From positions 992,848 to 1,056,847 of the forward strand of contig MU054220.1 in the NCBI GenBank assembly GCA_013239625.1: a DNA stretch of 64,000 bases, in the 5' to 3' direction. The first letter of the stretch is position 1. Each line of letters opens with the position of its first letter. The notes under the pieces were generated by a model. The model saw only the letters and a list, made by a program, of their open reading frames with translations. It was not told where the DNA came from and searched no databases. Below are positions 23,247 to 35,760 of the stretch, in pieces. The position numbers and the translations under genes were made by a program. The stretch comes from Lama guanicoe (Eukaryota).

Positions 23247-25391
23247 GTCAACAAGAGAAAGGACAAAAACCACATGATCATCTCAATCGATGCAGAAAAA
23301 GCATTTGATAAAATTCAACATCCATTTATGATAAAAACTCTCACCAAAGTGGGTATAGAGGGAACATATCTCAACATAATAAAAGCTATATATGACAAAC
23401 CTACAGCCAGCATAGTACTCAACGGTGAAAAACTCAAAAGCTTCCCACTAAAATCTGGGACAAGACAAGGATGCCCACTATCACCACTCCTATTCAACAT
23501 AGTCCTTGAAGTCCTAGCTACAGCAATCAGGCAAGAGAAAGAAATAAAAGGGATCCAAATTGGAAAAGAAGAGGTAAAAGTGTCATTATATGCTGATGAC
23601 ATGTTACTATATATAGAAAACCCTAAAAGGTCCACACAAAAGCTACTAGAGCTGATTGAAGAATTCAGCAAGNNNNNNNNNNNNNNNNNNNNNNNNNNNN
23701 NNNNNNNNNNNNNNNNNNNNNNNNNNNNNNNNNNNNNNNNNNNNNNNNNNNNNNNNNNNNNNNNNNNNNNNNNNNNNNNNNNNNNNNNNNNNNNNNNNNN
23801 NNNNNNNNNNNNNNNNNNNNNNNNNNNNNNNNNNNNNNNNNNNNNNNNNNNNNNNNNNNNNNNNNNNNNNNNNNNNNNNNNNNNNNNNNNNNNNNNNNNN
23901 NNNNNNNNNNNNNNNNNNNNNNNNNNNNNNNNNNNNNNNNNNNNNNNNNNNNNNNNNNNNNNNNNNNNNNNNNNNNNNNNNNNNNNNNNNNNNNNNNNNN
24001 NNNNNNNNNNNNNNNNNNNNNNNNNNNNNNNNNNNNNNNNNNNNNNNNNNNNNNNNNNNNNNNNNNNNNNNNNNNNNNNNNNNNNNNNNNNNNNNNNNNN
24101 NNNNNNNNNNNNNNNNNNNNNNNNNNNNNNNNNNNNNNNNNNNNNNNNNNNNNNNNNNNNNNNNNNNNNNNNNNNNNNNNNNNNNNNNNNNNNNNNNNNN
24201 NNNNNNNNNNNNNNNNNNNNNNNNNNNNNNNNNNNNNNNNNNNNNNNNNNNNNNNNNNNNNNNNNNNNNNNNNNNNNNNNNNNNNNNNNNNNNNNNNNNN
24301 NNNNNNNNNNNNNNNNNNNNNNNNNNNNNNNNNNNNNNNNNNNNNNNNNNNNNNNNNNNNNNNNNNNNNNNNNNNNNNNNNNNNNNNNNNNNNNNNNNNN
24401 NNNNNNNNNNNNNNNNNNNNNNNNNNNNNNNNNNNNNNNNNNNNNNNNNNNNNNNNNNNNNNNNNNNNNNNNNNNNNNNNNNNNNNNNNNNNNNNNNNNN
24501 NNNNNNNNNNNNNNNNNNNNNNNNNNNNNNNNNNNNNNNNNNNNNNNNNNNNNNNNNNNNNNNNNNTATCACTAATTATCAGAGAAATGCAAATCAAAAC
24601 TACAATGAGGTATCACATCACACCAGTCAGAATGGCCGTCATTTAAAAATCCACAAATGACAAATGCTGGAGAGGCTGTGGAGAAAGGGGAACCCTCCTA
24701 CACTGCTGGTGGGAATGCAGTTTGGTGCAGCCACTATGGAAAACAGTGTGGAGATTCCTCAAAAGACTAGGAATAGACTTACCATATGACCCAGGAATCC
24801 CACTCCTGGGCTTGTATCCAGAAGGAAATCTACTTCAGGATGACACCTGCACCCCAATGTTCATAGCAGCACTATTTACAATAGCCAAAACATGGAAACA
24901 GCCTAAAAGTCCTTCAACAGGTGACTGGATAAAGAAGAGGTGGTATATTTATACAATGGAATACTATTCAGCCATAAAAACTGACAACATAACGCCATAT
25001 GCAGCACCATGGATGTTCCTGGAGAATGTCATTCTAAGTGAAGTAAGCCAGAAAGAGAAAGAAAAATAATATATGAGATCACTCATATGTGGAATCTAAG
25101 AAAAAAACATAAATACAAAACAGAAACAGACTCACAGACATAGAATACAAACTTGTGGTTGCCAAGGGGGCGGGGGGTGGGAAAGGACAGACCGGGATTT
25201 TAAAATGTAGAATAGATAAACAAGATTATACCGTGTAGCACAGGGAAATATATACAAGATCTTTGTGGTAGCTCACAGCGAAAAAAAAATGTGACAAATA
25301 ATATATGTATGTTCATGTATAACTGAAAAATTGTGCTCTACACTGGAATTTGACAAACATTTTAAAATGACTATTATTCAATAAAAAATGT
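23247..25391 (+). mobile_element. Young 5'-truncated L1 (RT, C-terminal domain, 3' UTR) spanning the assembly gap
   Basis: Open ORF2 frame [17 protein letters not shown]...RQGCPLSP...YADDM, the CCHC region after the gap, and a 13-bp TSD taaaaagaaagaa at 23234-23246 and 25392-25404. Confidence 0.95.
23673..24566. other. Assembly gap (894 N)
   Basis: Run of N. Confidence 1.
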
Positions 25392-26391
25392 TAAAAAGAA
25401 AGAAACAAAGAAAAGGTAACATTTTACCTGAAATCCAAAAAATGAAAAGAAGCTACCAGGTGAAGCTCTGTTACTTGTGTTAAGCTCCAACATTGGAAAG
25501 AGCTCAGCAAGTTCAAGATGCTGAAAGGTCATTGTGCCTGAAGGGAAATAGAAAAGGGAGTGGATAGAACAGTCTGAGGTCAAAGAGGAGAACAAGACTA
25601 CAGATCTTGGTAAAGAATCTGAATTTCACTTAATGCTCCTTTAAGATTAGAGTAAGTAAAGTAAAGTAAGACAAGCAAATTTTTTTAGTTAAGGAAAACA
25701 TCCATCTCGTAAATAGACATTTTGCCAAAGTTTACATTGTAAGTGGCAAAGCTAAGATTTGAACTCAGAATTATCTTTTTAAACACTATGCTGTTTACCA
25801 TCATAGTGTACTAAATTTTATCACCTATTCCTCAGCAACGTATATATGATACATAAAATCCCAATCAATGAAGCAAAACTGGAAAAAGAGGTTTTTAATT
25901 CAAATATCTGTTTAAGATTATAATAACAATGAATTTTCCACAAATAATACAAGAAAAATACATGGTATACTTTATCTTTTGGAGGAAGAAATAGAAAAAT
26001 AGAGAACCAGACAAGATGTGCCAGAGTATTAGAAAGTATCAAAAGAGAAATTGGAAAATAAATGCCCTAAAATTCCTATTTTCCCAAAATGCTTTATTTT
26101 GCCTTGCAATTTCATAGATAGTGAACAACTGCATTTTAACAAGAAACCAAGCTGGTTCTGACAATACTTTAACATTCGACCAACGAATGGGCAATAAATA
26201 CATCTAAATAGGCTATTTTTATAATGATGATTTCCTGTTAAGGTCTCCTCAGATTGCCTAATGCCAACATCCACATACCTTTGACAAATAGTGTGCCCTT
26301 GGCCCTGAAAATTAGGAATTATCTTCTTTAACCTGTAACCATTTAAGGAATAAAGTTATTTTACATTGTTTTCGTTATTTCCCTGATGAAG

Positions 26392-27115
26392 TCATCTTTT
26401 GACTTGGAACTCCTCCATAGCATTTTTAACCTCTGCATTTCTGAGGGTATAATAGAGTTTAACACAAAATTTAGCACAGTATAAAATATAGTCATGGCTT
26501 AATTAATTGAAAAGATAATAATTTGAGGCAGATACATACATATGCAAGGCACAAAGAATAAAATGACCAGAGTAATGTGAGAGACCCAGGTGAAGAGGGC
26601 TTTGCACCTACCATCCAAGCTATGAGATTTCAAAGTGTATAGGGTCACGATTTAGGAGACCATCAAAAGGAGTAAGTTTAACAGGAAGATGACCCCTTTG
26701 TTGGTAGCAACAAAGAGACCAAAAGTATGAGTGTCCATGTTGATAAGTTTCAACAGAGTTCGTGTCACACACAAAGTGATCTATGTCACTGGGGCCAAAA
26801 CAGGGCAGCCAGACTGTGAAGAGGATTTAAACTGCTGGATGGATAAGTCTTCAGTCCTGGTGACTCCCAGAGATGACCATGTCTCTATCAGCTTTTGGTG
26901 GTCAGGTAGTACAGATGGACACATAGTAGTCACAGGTCGTACCCATCAGCAGAATGATCTCAGCAGCACCAAAAGATGTTCAGCAAAGTTTTAAGTCATG
27001 CACTTCCTAAACGATGGTTTTTCTTACAGCAAGAGTGTTAGGACCTTGAAGGGGTCAGGGAAGAAGAACAGCCGCTATCTATGAGGAATAAGTAACACAG
27101 AGTGAATACGTAAAG
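26392..27115 (-). pseudogene. Heavily decayed, 5'-truncated OR4C-family pseudogene (paralog of 38350-39263)
   Basis: Minus strand reads ..[58 protein letters not shown] with indels and a stop. The N-terminus and TM1 are absent. Not called by the ORF track. Confidence 0.88.
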
Positions 27116-27129
27116 CATTACCGAAGAGC

Positions 27130-28560
27130 GTAAAAAGGACTAAATGAAAACACCTAACTCTCTTCATGGAGAGGAATTCTCAAATCTCTAAAAATATAAA
27201 CCCTTCCTAAATTAGTCATCCTAAATCAAAATGCATTGAAAATAACAGAAATTTTTGTGACTAGCCTGGCTTATTATAAATTTAATTTGACATCATAAAT
27301 ATGCAAGAACAGACATAATGCTGGAAAAGAAGAGCAATGAGGGAGTGTTAGCTTATTATTCTAAATGTATTATAGATGAATTGCAACTATATCATAAATT
27401 AAATGGTACATCACTGAAAAGACCAATGGAACTGAGTCCTGAACTGCATTCAAATACTTATGGAAATTTAGAATACAGTAAAATGAGGGTTTCAAATTAG
27501 TAGTGAAAGATAATTAAGCAACTACAAAAAAAAAAGTCATTTAGAAAACAATAAAACACAATCCTCTTTAACTACATATAAAAATAAATACCTTATGTAC
27601 CAAATTTTTGATGAGTCAAAATTTTCATGTAAAATATAAAACCACAAAAGTGCTATAAATATTAACTTCTTAAAAATGTAGAATATTATGGTTAGAGTGA
27701 AAAATCTTTTAAGATTGATGCAAAAAAAAATCAGTATTCATAAACCAGGCAAGATGAATAACAAAAAAAATCTACATAGCCAAAAAAATTCCTCATAGCA
27801 TAAGTCAAAATCAAATCACAGGCCAGGAAATTAAGTACATAAACAATGGTTTAAAAAAGATTGTTTTCTTAGTGTATAATTCCTCATAAAAATAAGTATG
27901 GATAAGACTTAGAAATCAAAGAAAATATGTTAAAAATCATTAGACAATTCAGAGAGAAATATATACAACTTTACCTGTGAAAAGATGCTTAAATCAATTA
28001 TATTTAGGGAATTTCAATTAAAGTTTGAAAGTGAATTATAATTTCTTTAATGAACCATTTTGTTATATACCAAAAAATATTCACTGGTTGTTGAGAATGT
28101 GGACAAGCTGACAGTCTCAGACTATGGGCTGAAGTGTAGGTACAACTTCATGAATGGCATTTTGGCAATGGCTATGAATATCAACATTTTAAATACATAT
28201 TCCCTGTTGACCCAAAAATTGTACTTATAGCAACTGACATTTCTAGGAACACATACTCAAGAAGATATATACTTATTGCAGAATTATGTATCATAGAAAA
28301 AGATTGAAATGACATGAAAAGTACTGGGTACATTAATTTAGGAATATTATGAGGGAACATCACATATTATACAAATAACTGAGAATGAGTTCAATCTGTG
28401 TAGACTGGTATGGAAAGATGCTCAAGATGTTGAATAGTAAAATGTAAGTGTTTACATGCAGGCATATATCCACATACACATATGTAAATGTGCTTGTATG
28501 TGCAAAGATTGATACTTGAAACATCTTAAGAAAGAGGCTTTGTAACAACAACTCTAGGTA
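27130..28560 (+). mobile_element. Old decayed L1 (ORF2 3' part and UTR)
   Basis: A-rich, with L1-like remnants (aagagcaatgagggag, gaaaagatgctt, gagaatgtggacaagctg, ggtatggaaagatgctcaaga). Confidence 0.6.
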
Positions 28561-29306
28561 AGAACACTGGGAAACACTAAAAAAGGATGAAAAAGAAGTT
28601 TGGTTCGGTTTGGTTTTATAGGATGTTTTACTAAGCTTTCAAGGCATAAATCATCCCAATTTTATATGAATACTTTCTCAATTCAGTTTGTAACCTGCCT
28701 TTTTGCTTTCTTTCAGAAGTTTTTGTTGAACGAAGGTTCTTACTATGGTCAAATGTATCATTCTTTTCTACTTACTTGCACCATTTCATATGGTTTCTAT
28801 TTTTATATTCATTATTATTGTGTTTTCTTTTTATTTTAAACAGCAGTGTCATATTAAATATTTTATATGTTATGCAACTGAAATTGAATACAGAGGACAT
28901 TATATATATAATTAAATATTTTCACTAGTAAAGTTAAAAAATGGACAAAATGAAAAGAACCTAACTAAAAAGATAAGACTAAGTCTCAGGAAAATATTTA
29001 AACATAAATACATTAATTGATTACAAATCACCGAAACTGTAAAAATTTCATATATTATATATTTTTATCAACTCCCCCTTTATATGTATTACACCTTTCT
29101 AGGCAAAGAGATAAACAAGACACTAGATAGAGAGTTGACATTATAGTAGAGAAATATATTAATAACCCAATCACACAGATAGTTATTTATTATAATTATG
29201 ATAAATGCTTTAAAGGATAGAGATAGGTGCATCAGTTTTGAGACTTCTGGTTTCCAAGGAGACAAGCCCTCACGTCATATGGCCCTCTTCACAGTGAATG
29301 TCAAAT

Positions 29307-30236
29307 TTATTTACTATGAGATACAATGTTTCCTCTCCAGAGCTTCTTCATAGCATTAGTCATCTCTGAATTTCTCAGAGTGTAGATTAGCGGGTTCAGC
29401 ATGGGGGTGATGACTGTATAAAACACGCTTAATGATTTATCAATAGGAAAGGTCCTAGCAGGTCTTGCATACATGAAAATACAGGGGACAAAGAAGCAGA
29501 CCACCACAGTGATGTGGGAACCACAGGTCTGGAGGGCTTTCCACCTCCCTTCCTGACTCAGGTTCTTTAGAGAGTGCAAGATGACTCCATAAGAGATGAG
29601 TAAGAGCAGAAACACAATAGTGCAGATCAGTCCTCCATTGGCCACCACTAAGATGCCAATGACATAGGTGTCAGTGCAGATGAGTTTCAATAGGGGGTAC
29701 ATGTCACAGATAAAGTGATCAATGACATTGGGGCCACAGAATGGGAGCCCATAAATAGTGCTAAGTTGAACCACTGAGTGCATAAAACCTCCAACCCAGG
29801 ACACCACCAGCAGCACAACACACACCCTTTGCTTCATGACAATCAAATAATGCAAGGGTTTACAGATGGCCACGTAGCGATCATAGGCCATCACCAGCAG
29901 AAGGAAGACCTCTGACCCCCCAAAAAAGTGTTCTGTAAAAAGTTGAGCCATACAAAATTTGAAAGATATGGTGTTTTCCCCAAAGAACAGATCTGAAATC
30001 AATTTTGGGGAAATGACTGAAGAATAAATGGCATCCATAAGTGACAAGCTAGCAAGAAAAAAGTACATTGGCGAGCCCAGAGTCTTACTGAAAGCGACAG
30101 TCACAACAATGAGCAGGTTGCCCACTAAGGTCAAAATGTAGAAGAGCAAAAACATAACAGAAAGGACTTTCTGTTCATTTGGATTCTGTGTGAGACCCAA
30201 GAGGACAAAGTGAGTCACATTGTTCCTTGGTTCCAT
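29307..30236 (-). CDS. OR4A47: Olfactory receptor, OR4A47-like copy 2, intact (309 aa)
   Basis: Full OR motif set; close paralog of 18304-19233. Acceptor at 30282/30281 and candidate donor at 33716/33715 on the minus strand. Confidence 0.94.
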   Translation of the reverse strand: MEPRNNVTHFVLLGLTQNPNEQKVLSVMFLLFYILTLVGNLLIVVTVAFSKTLGSPMYFFLASLSLMDAIYSSVISPKLISDLFFGENTISFKFCMAQLFTEHFFGGSEVFLLLVMAYDRYVAICKPLHYLIVMKQRVCVVLLVVSWVGGFMHSVVQLSTIYGLPFCGPNVIDHFICDMYPLLKLICTDTYVIGILVVANGGLICTIVFLLLLISYGVILHSLKNLSQEGRWKALQTCGSHITVVVCFFVPCIFMYARPARTFPIDKSLSVFYTVITPMLNPLIYTLRNSEMTNAMKKLWRGNIVSHSK

Positions 30237-30726
30237 CTATTCGTTTATAAGTGCTGATTTCAGATGTTAGAAATAGCCTACCTATAAAACAAGGGAAAAT
30301 ATTTTAGCTTAGTATTTTCTTTATTCATTCAATCAAAAATGCCTCTGGAAATTCTGTTATATCACACAACCTTCCGTGGAAATTGAATGTTGAATAAGAT
30401 TGTTTCCATACTCTCAGTGATTTGACATATAATGATGGGATTATACAATTTAAGATCAATTTAATAAGTGCCATTATAATTATATTTAAATAGTGCTAAG
30501 GAACATCTAAATCAAAGTGGGATCAGGCAATGCTTCCCAGAGAAAGCAATGCTTTAGTTGAATTTAGAGAACTGAGAAAACAAAAGAGGGTATGAAGGGA
30601 GTAACATGAAAAGATGCACCATGTGTAAAGTCACAAAAGTGTGATACTGAAGAGTCACTTAAAATAATCTACATATTCAAAGTCAGTAGAACAAATCTGA
30701 ATGTAAGGTCATAGACTAGAGGTCAC

Positions 30727-31500
30727 TGTATTAGTTGCTAGGGCTGCTTCTTTAGAACAATAATCACCCCTCTTCCAGTTTCCAGTAACATGTCCTTCAT
30801 TCCATTTGAGACCTCAATCTTAACATCATATTTCTAGCAACGTTCTGTTCATGATGATATATATATATTCTCTCAGTTGATAGATGCTTTCTCTACAGCC
30901 ATACTTGTTCCCTTCTGGGTCCTCACCAAGATCACCTTTTATTATTCATATTTCTACAAACAGCATTTTAAAGGCAGTTTAGGCTTTTTCTATCACACAC
31001 CTCAAAACTCTCTCAGCATCTACCCACTACCCAATCCCAAAGCCACTTGCACATTTTTTGGTATTCATTGCAACAACAGCCCCTTTTTCAGTATCCAAAT
31101 CTTTATTAATTTGCCAGAGCTTTTATAACAAAGTAGCACAATTGGGTGCATTAAACAATAGAACTTTATCATCACACTACTCTCAATGTTGGAAATTCAA
31201 AATCAAGGTGTTGACAGTGTTGATTGTTTTTAAAGACTGTGAGGAAAGGAGCTGTTCCATGCCTCCTTCCTTGGCTTAAAGATAGCCATATTAAAGTTCT
31301 CATGATGTTCTCCATGTAAATGTGTCTACATCCAAATTCTTCTTTTACTAAGAATGTCAGTCAAATTGGAGCAAGATTTACTCTATTTTAACTCAATTAC
31401 CTTTGTAAAGAAGCTATCTCCAAATAAGGTCACATTCTGAAGTTTGAGGATAAGGACACCAACATATGGATTTTAAGAGGACACAATGGAACCATAATTA
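30727..31500 (-). mobile_element. Internally deleted MaLR (MLT1) provirus: LTR stub, internal segment and full LTR
   Basis: tgtattagttgctagggctgc stub (30727-30747), MaLR-int-like tacccaatcccaaagccacttgcacatt near 31030, and an LTR at about 31102-31500 with caaataaggtcacattctga. Confidence 0.7.
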
Positions 31501-31589
31501 TGTCATCTGACATATCAGATAACCCATAACAATCACTGTCTTGGATATCCTGAGAACATACTAAAACCTCTTTTGTAGTTAGTGCCTTT

Positions 31590-32290
31590 ACTTGGAGCCT
31601 CTCCTTTTTCGTAAACTGTAAATGCTAAACCACTCTAAAATTGTGCCTTCAGTCCCTATCTCTCCCATAATTTTTAAACTTGAATATGCAACTATCTAAT
31701 TGATATCTCCAATTAAATATCAACTTAGTATTTATAAACCTAAATATTTAATTTTCCACAATAAGCTTAATCCTTCCTAGATATTCCCTAATTAAATGGT
31801 ACCACCTTACATATTATTGTTCAGAATTTGTATCTGACAGTACCCGTCCCTCCTTTATTCCTCTCGCATTATTTATTGGACATTTTAATAAGTCCTATTG
31901 ACTCTCCCTTTAAAATATATTGCATATTTGGTCATTAAACCTCCCTTGTCTATCGCAGTAGCCTCCTGCAAGTTCTTTCTGTTTTGATTCTGGCCTTCAA
32001 TAATCTATTCTCATGAAGCAACCCAAGTGATCTTCTTTAAATCTTACTCTGATTATGTTATTCCCCTGTTGAAAATCTCTACAGTAGATTTCTATCACAG
32101 TCAGTAAAATCCAATTCCCTGGTATACGTTGGCCTAAGAGACCCTAGATGTCTTAGAAGCTGGCCGCCACCCCAAACTGCCTCCCTAAACCCATACCCGT
32201 GTAAACTTATGTCTTATAATTCTCCATGTTCACTCTGCTCAGAACTTTATACTAATCCTTAAATATTCAAAGTGCTTTTCCATCTCTTTA
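31590..32290 (+). mobile_element. LINE-2 fragment
   Basis: L2-like motifs: atatgcaactatctaattgatatctcc, gcagtagcctcctgcaag, gattatgttattcccctg. Confidence 0.65.
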
Positions 32291-33449
32291 GTTCCATTAA
32301 TTCTTTTGTAGATGCTAATTTCAGAGATAGAAAGCACATTACCTCTGAAATAATGGGAAGTGTTGTAGAATGGTATATTGAAAGTTTAATCTTTACTTAT
32401 TTATTCAGTTGACAAATATTTATCAGATACTTAACGTTGTGGCACATCTTTTAGATAACACAGGCTCCCAGCCATCTCAGCGTGTCCACTGTCCATTAGC
32501 GGTCAGGGTCTCTGCTGGGAGTGACACCATCAGAGGACAGAAAAGGTGGTGGTGACCGAGGAAGCATCTTTTCACATCACTCTCTTACTTTCCCAGATAA
32601 GTAACCACTTGAGGTTGTAGAATGGCTGCTGATGTCATTTAATTTTTTTAATCTATTCACAACAAACGTCACACAAGTCCTGAACAGCCACTTTCACATC
32701 TTGTTCCATTTATTACTCAGTGATATTGAACTTCCCTGAGGAAGTTTCCATTTAGCTAATTGACTATCACATCTGATTATATATGCCTCTTCCTACTCAA
32801 GACACTTAGTTTATTTGCCATGAAAGCCAAAAATCCTTATGACACAAGGTTTCACATAAATCTTACATTAATATATACACAGAAACAGTTTTATGTTACT
32901 CAAATGTCTATAAAATTAATTTTTTAGAAAACTAGTAAATTATATTTTTATAAATCTAACTGTAATATCTTAAATAACTGGCAGTCACCACGCTGGGTCA
33001 TAATTTACATATTTATAAAATGAGATTATGATAGATAACGAGTTTTTGTGAGTATCTACTGGGCTAAAATATATAAACATATGTAACACAGCTCTTGGAC
33101 CAACATGGATAATCAATCTTCATTTTTTTACAAAATATCAGAAGCTTCAAATTAAGCATATCAGCATGAATCACAGGTTATAACCCTCTGAAATGCAAAA
33201 TAACATGGTGAGAAAACAAATATTTGTATTCTGTTATTTCCATTGAAATAGATCAAAAAATTTTAATGAAAGGAAATACTAACATTATAAGAACATCTAT
33301 AGTTTCATTTTCTATGAAAAATTATGTTAAGATGTTATTCTCTTGCATAAATACATGTTATAAATGCACAATCAGATATATATGTGCATACATATACACA
33401 TATAAATATATATAAAATTATATTTAATGTATCACAATTTATGTTCACA

Positions 33450-33590
33450 ATAGCAAGAATTATTATATCCATTTTATAGTTGAAAAACTGAGGCTCATAA
33501 TATTAAATGAACTTTCCCAAAGTTACCTGTTTTTAAGTGACAGACCTGGAATTGGAATCTAAGTTTGATTTACTTAAAAGTCTCTTCACG
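33450..33590 (-). mobile_element. MIR SINE
   Basis: MIR core ccattttatagttgaaaaactgaggctca...cccaaagttac. Similar MIR remnants occur near 17100, 36430-36620, 36970-37180, 40090-40240, 42060-42250, 48700-48880, 49250-49430 and 62140-62360. Confidence 0.75.
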
Positions 33591-34351
33591 GCCAGAAGTT
33601 TTTTAAACTTATCAGTTCTTATAAACTCAAGTGATATCATTTCCTATGTACTATAATAAAGAAATTTACACAACTGCAAAGCCTGGTTTCCACTATTAAC
33701 TATTAAAAGTCTTACCTTTTGGAAACTTTCTCATAATTTGAAAGACAAATTTTTTCTCACTCATAAAGATCTGGAAGTCTCTCTTCCATCCACTGTCCCC
33801 ACAGAGGGCAAAAAGCTGCCTTATTATTTGAGTGTATATTTGATTTCATTTGCCTGTGTCTGTCCATTTTCTCCACAGTCTTCTCAATATTCCAGAAAAT
33901 TATTACTTGCATTGTAGCTCTCTTTCAAAGGAATCATGATACAAAAAAACTGAAAATTTCTCATTAGAAAAATTTAACAGAAATGAAAAGAAAAAATCTT
34001 ACATCTGCATGTGAAGATAACAACTAGCCATTTTACCAGGAAACTTTTTACCTAGTCAATTCTTTGACAGCAACATCAATAAAGAATAGTTACCATTCAG
34101 ATGTTTAGCCTATCTCATTTTGTTGTACCGGTATGGCCAAATATTTGTACTTGAGATTCAGAAAGGGCATTCTTGTGCCTCTTTTATATCATGATTTTAG
34201 CCTAGTAAAGCACTCCTGAAATTATTATATTAGCTCTTAGAAGGAAAGACAGCATCTCCTACCTAACACAAGAGAAGAGCATGAAGATTTTATACCTTGT
34301 GATGATGTGAATCATGGAGTCCTTCAGTTGGAATGTGTCCAAAACTGACTG

Positions 34352-34382
34352 TTGCTTAATTAAATTCACTGGGATTTTCCAC
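34352..34382 (-). promoter_or_regulatory. Putative OR promoter element, paralog of 16339-16369
   Basis: 31-bp exact inverted copy, about 4.1 kb upstream of the minus-strand OR4A47-like gene. Confidence 0.6.
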
Positions 34383-34859
34383 CAAATTTTAAAAGAATAC
34401 CTATATTTTTAAAAAAAATGCCCGTTAGACCAATCATGTAACTAAGGTTAAGGAAAATGTAACAAGGGGAAAAACATAGCCTCAGGACCTTAATGGAACT
34501 ACTGTCAGCTGAAAATATATACCCGCCCTGCCATTTATTTCTCCCATAGCAAGACATTTTTTCCTTTTATCTAATACTCAAAAGTTTTTTCTGTATAAGT
34601 GTGAAGTTGAATATGTAACAATTTTATTTCTAATGTAGCTATAATAACTAATTATTTATCAAATAACTTATTTTTTTAAATGTTTGAGCATCTGTTTTGT
34701 TCCAGGTTCCATGCTATGAATGATGGATATCATAGTTATTAAAACGGAAAAAAATCAGGATAAAAACTCTGCTTGCATTGACATTATACTCTCATATTAG
34801 AGTCAGACAATAAAAAATGGAATCACTTAGTAAGGTAATTATAGTTAGAGGCTTCAAAA

Positions 34860-35287
34860 ATCCACTATCAGAAATGGACAAATCTAGAAGACACAAAATC
34901 AGTTAAGGACAGAGCTAAACTCAACAGCAATGTCAATCTATTGTATATAATTGACATCTGTAGACTACTTCCTTCAACAGCAGCAGAATGCACATTCTTC
35001 CAAACTCACATGGAATATTCACCAAGCTAGACCACATTCTGGGCCATAAAACACACCTTAACAAATTTTAAAGAACAGAAATTGTACAATGTTTTCTCTC
35101 AGACTACAATGGAATTAAATTAGAAATCAATTATGATAGCTGAGAAATCCCAAAACATTTGAGGAATAGACGAAACAATTCTAAATGACATGGGGTCAGG
35201 GAATAAACCTCAAGAAAAATTTTTAAATATTTTAAACTCAATGAAAGTGAAAACAAAACTTCTCAAAATTTGTAGGATGCAGTGAAA
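34860..35287 (+). mobile_element. L1 ORF2 endonuclease-region fragment
   Basis: Encodes AECTFFQTHMEY / HGIFTKLDHILGHKTHLNKFKRTEI-like sequence. Confidence 0.8.
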
Positions 35288-35307
35288 CGTAGAGATGATG
35301 GCCTTTT

Positions 35308-35760
35308 ATTCATTAAATAGTTGTTAAGCATTTACTCTGTTCCAAGTCTATTCTCTGTACTTGGAAATGCATCAGTGAACAAAACAGACACTGCCTCTAA
35401 CACATAGAATTTATGTTCTAATTAGAAGAGACAGAGAATAAACAAGCAAATTGGATAATCAGATAATGAAGATACTGAAAGAAAATGTAACAGAGTAATG
35501 TGATTGAGAGTAATTCAAGGAGATAGAGATTGGCTTAATATCGGTGGTTAAAGAAGACAGTGGGGATAGTGGCCCAGCCATAGGAAGATCTAGAGGAAAA
35601 GTATTTGGGGAATAAAGAAGAACTAGTTCAAAAGCTCGTGGGCAAAAAGGAGGGCTTTGCAAATGGAGCTAGTGAACATGAGAAGGAATGATGTAAGATA
35701 ATTCAAAAAGGCACATGTTTGAGAAGGGGTACAACTGGGCAGAGCCTGATAAGCCAAGAA
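35308..35760 (-). mobile_element. LINE-2 3' fragment
   Basis: attcattaaatagttgttaagcatttactctgttccaag...cagtgaacaaaacagaca. Confidence 0.65.

Noticed and set aside
23196..24660. Long ORFs of 308-459 aa
   Set aside because: Artefacts of translating through the N gap. Only the L1 ORF2 part is real, and the first residues of the 459-aa ORF come from flank DNA.
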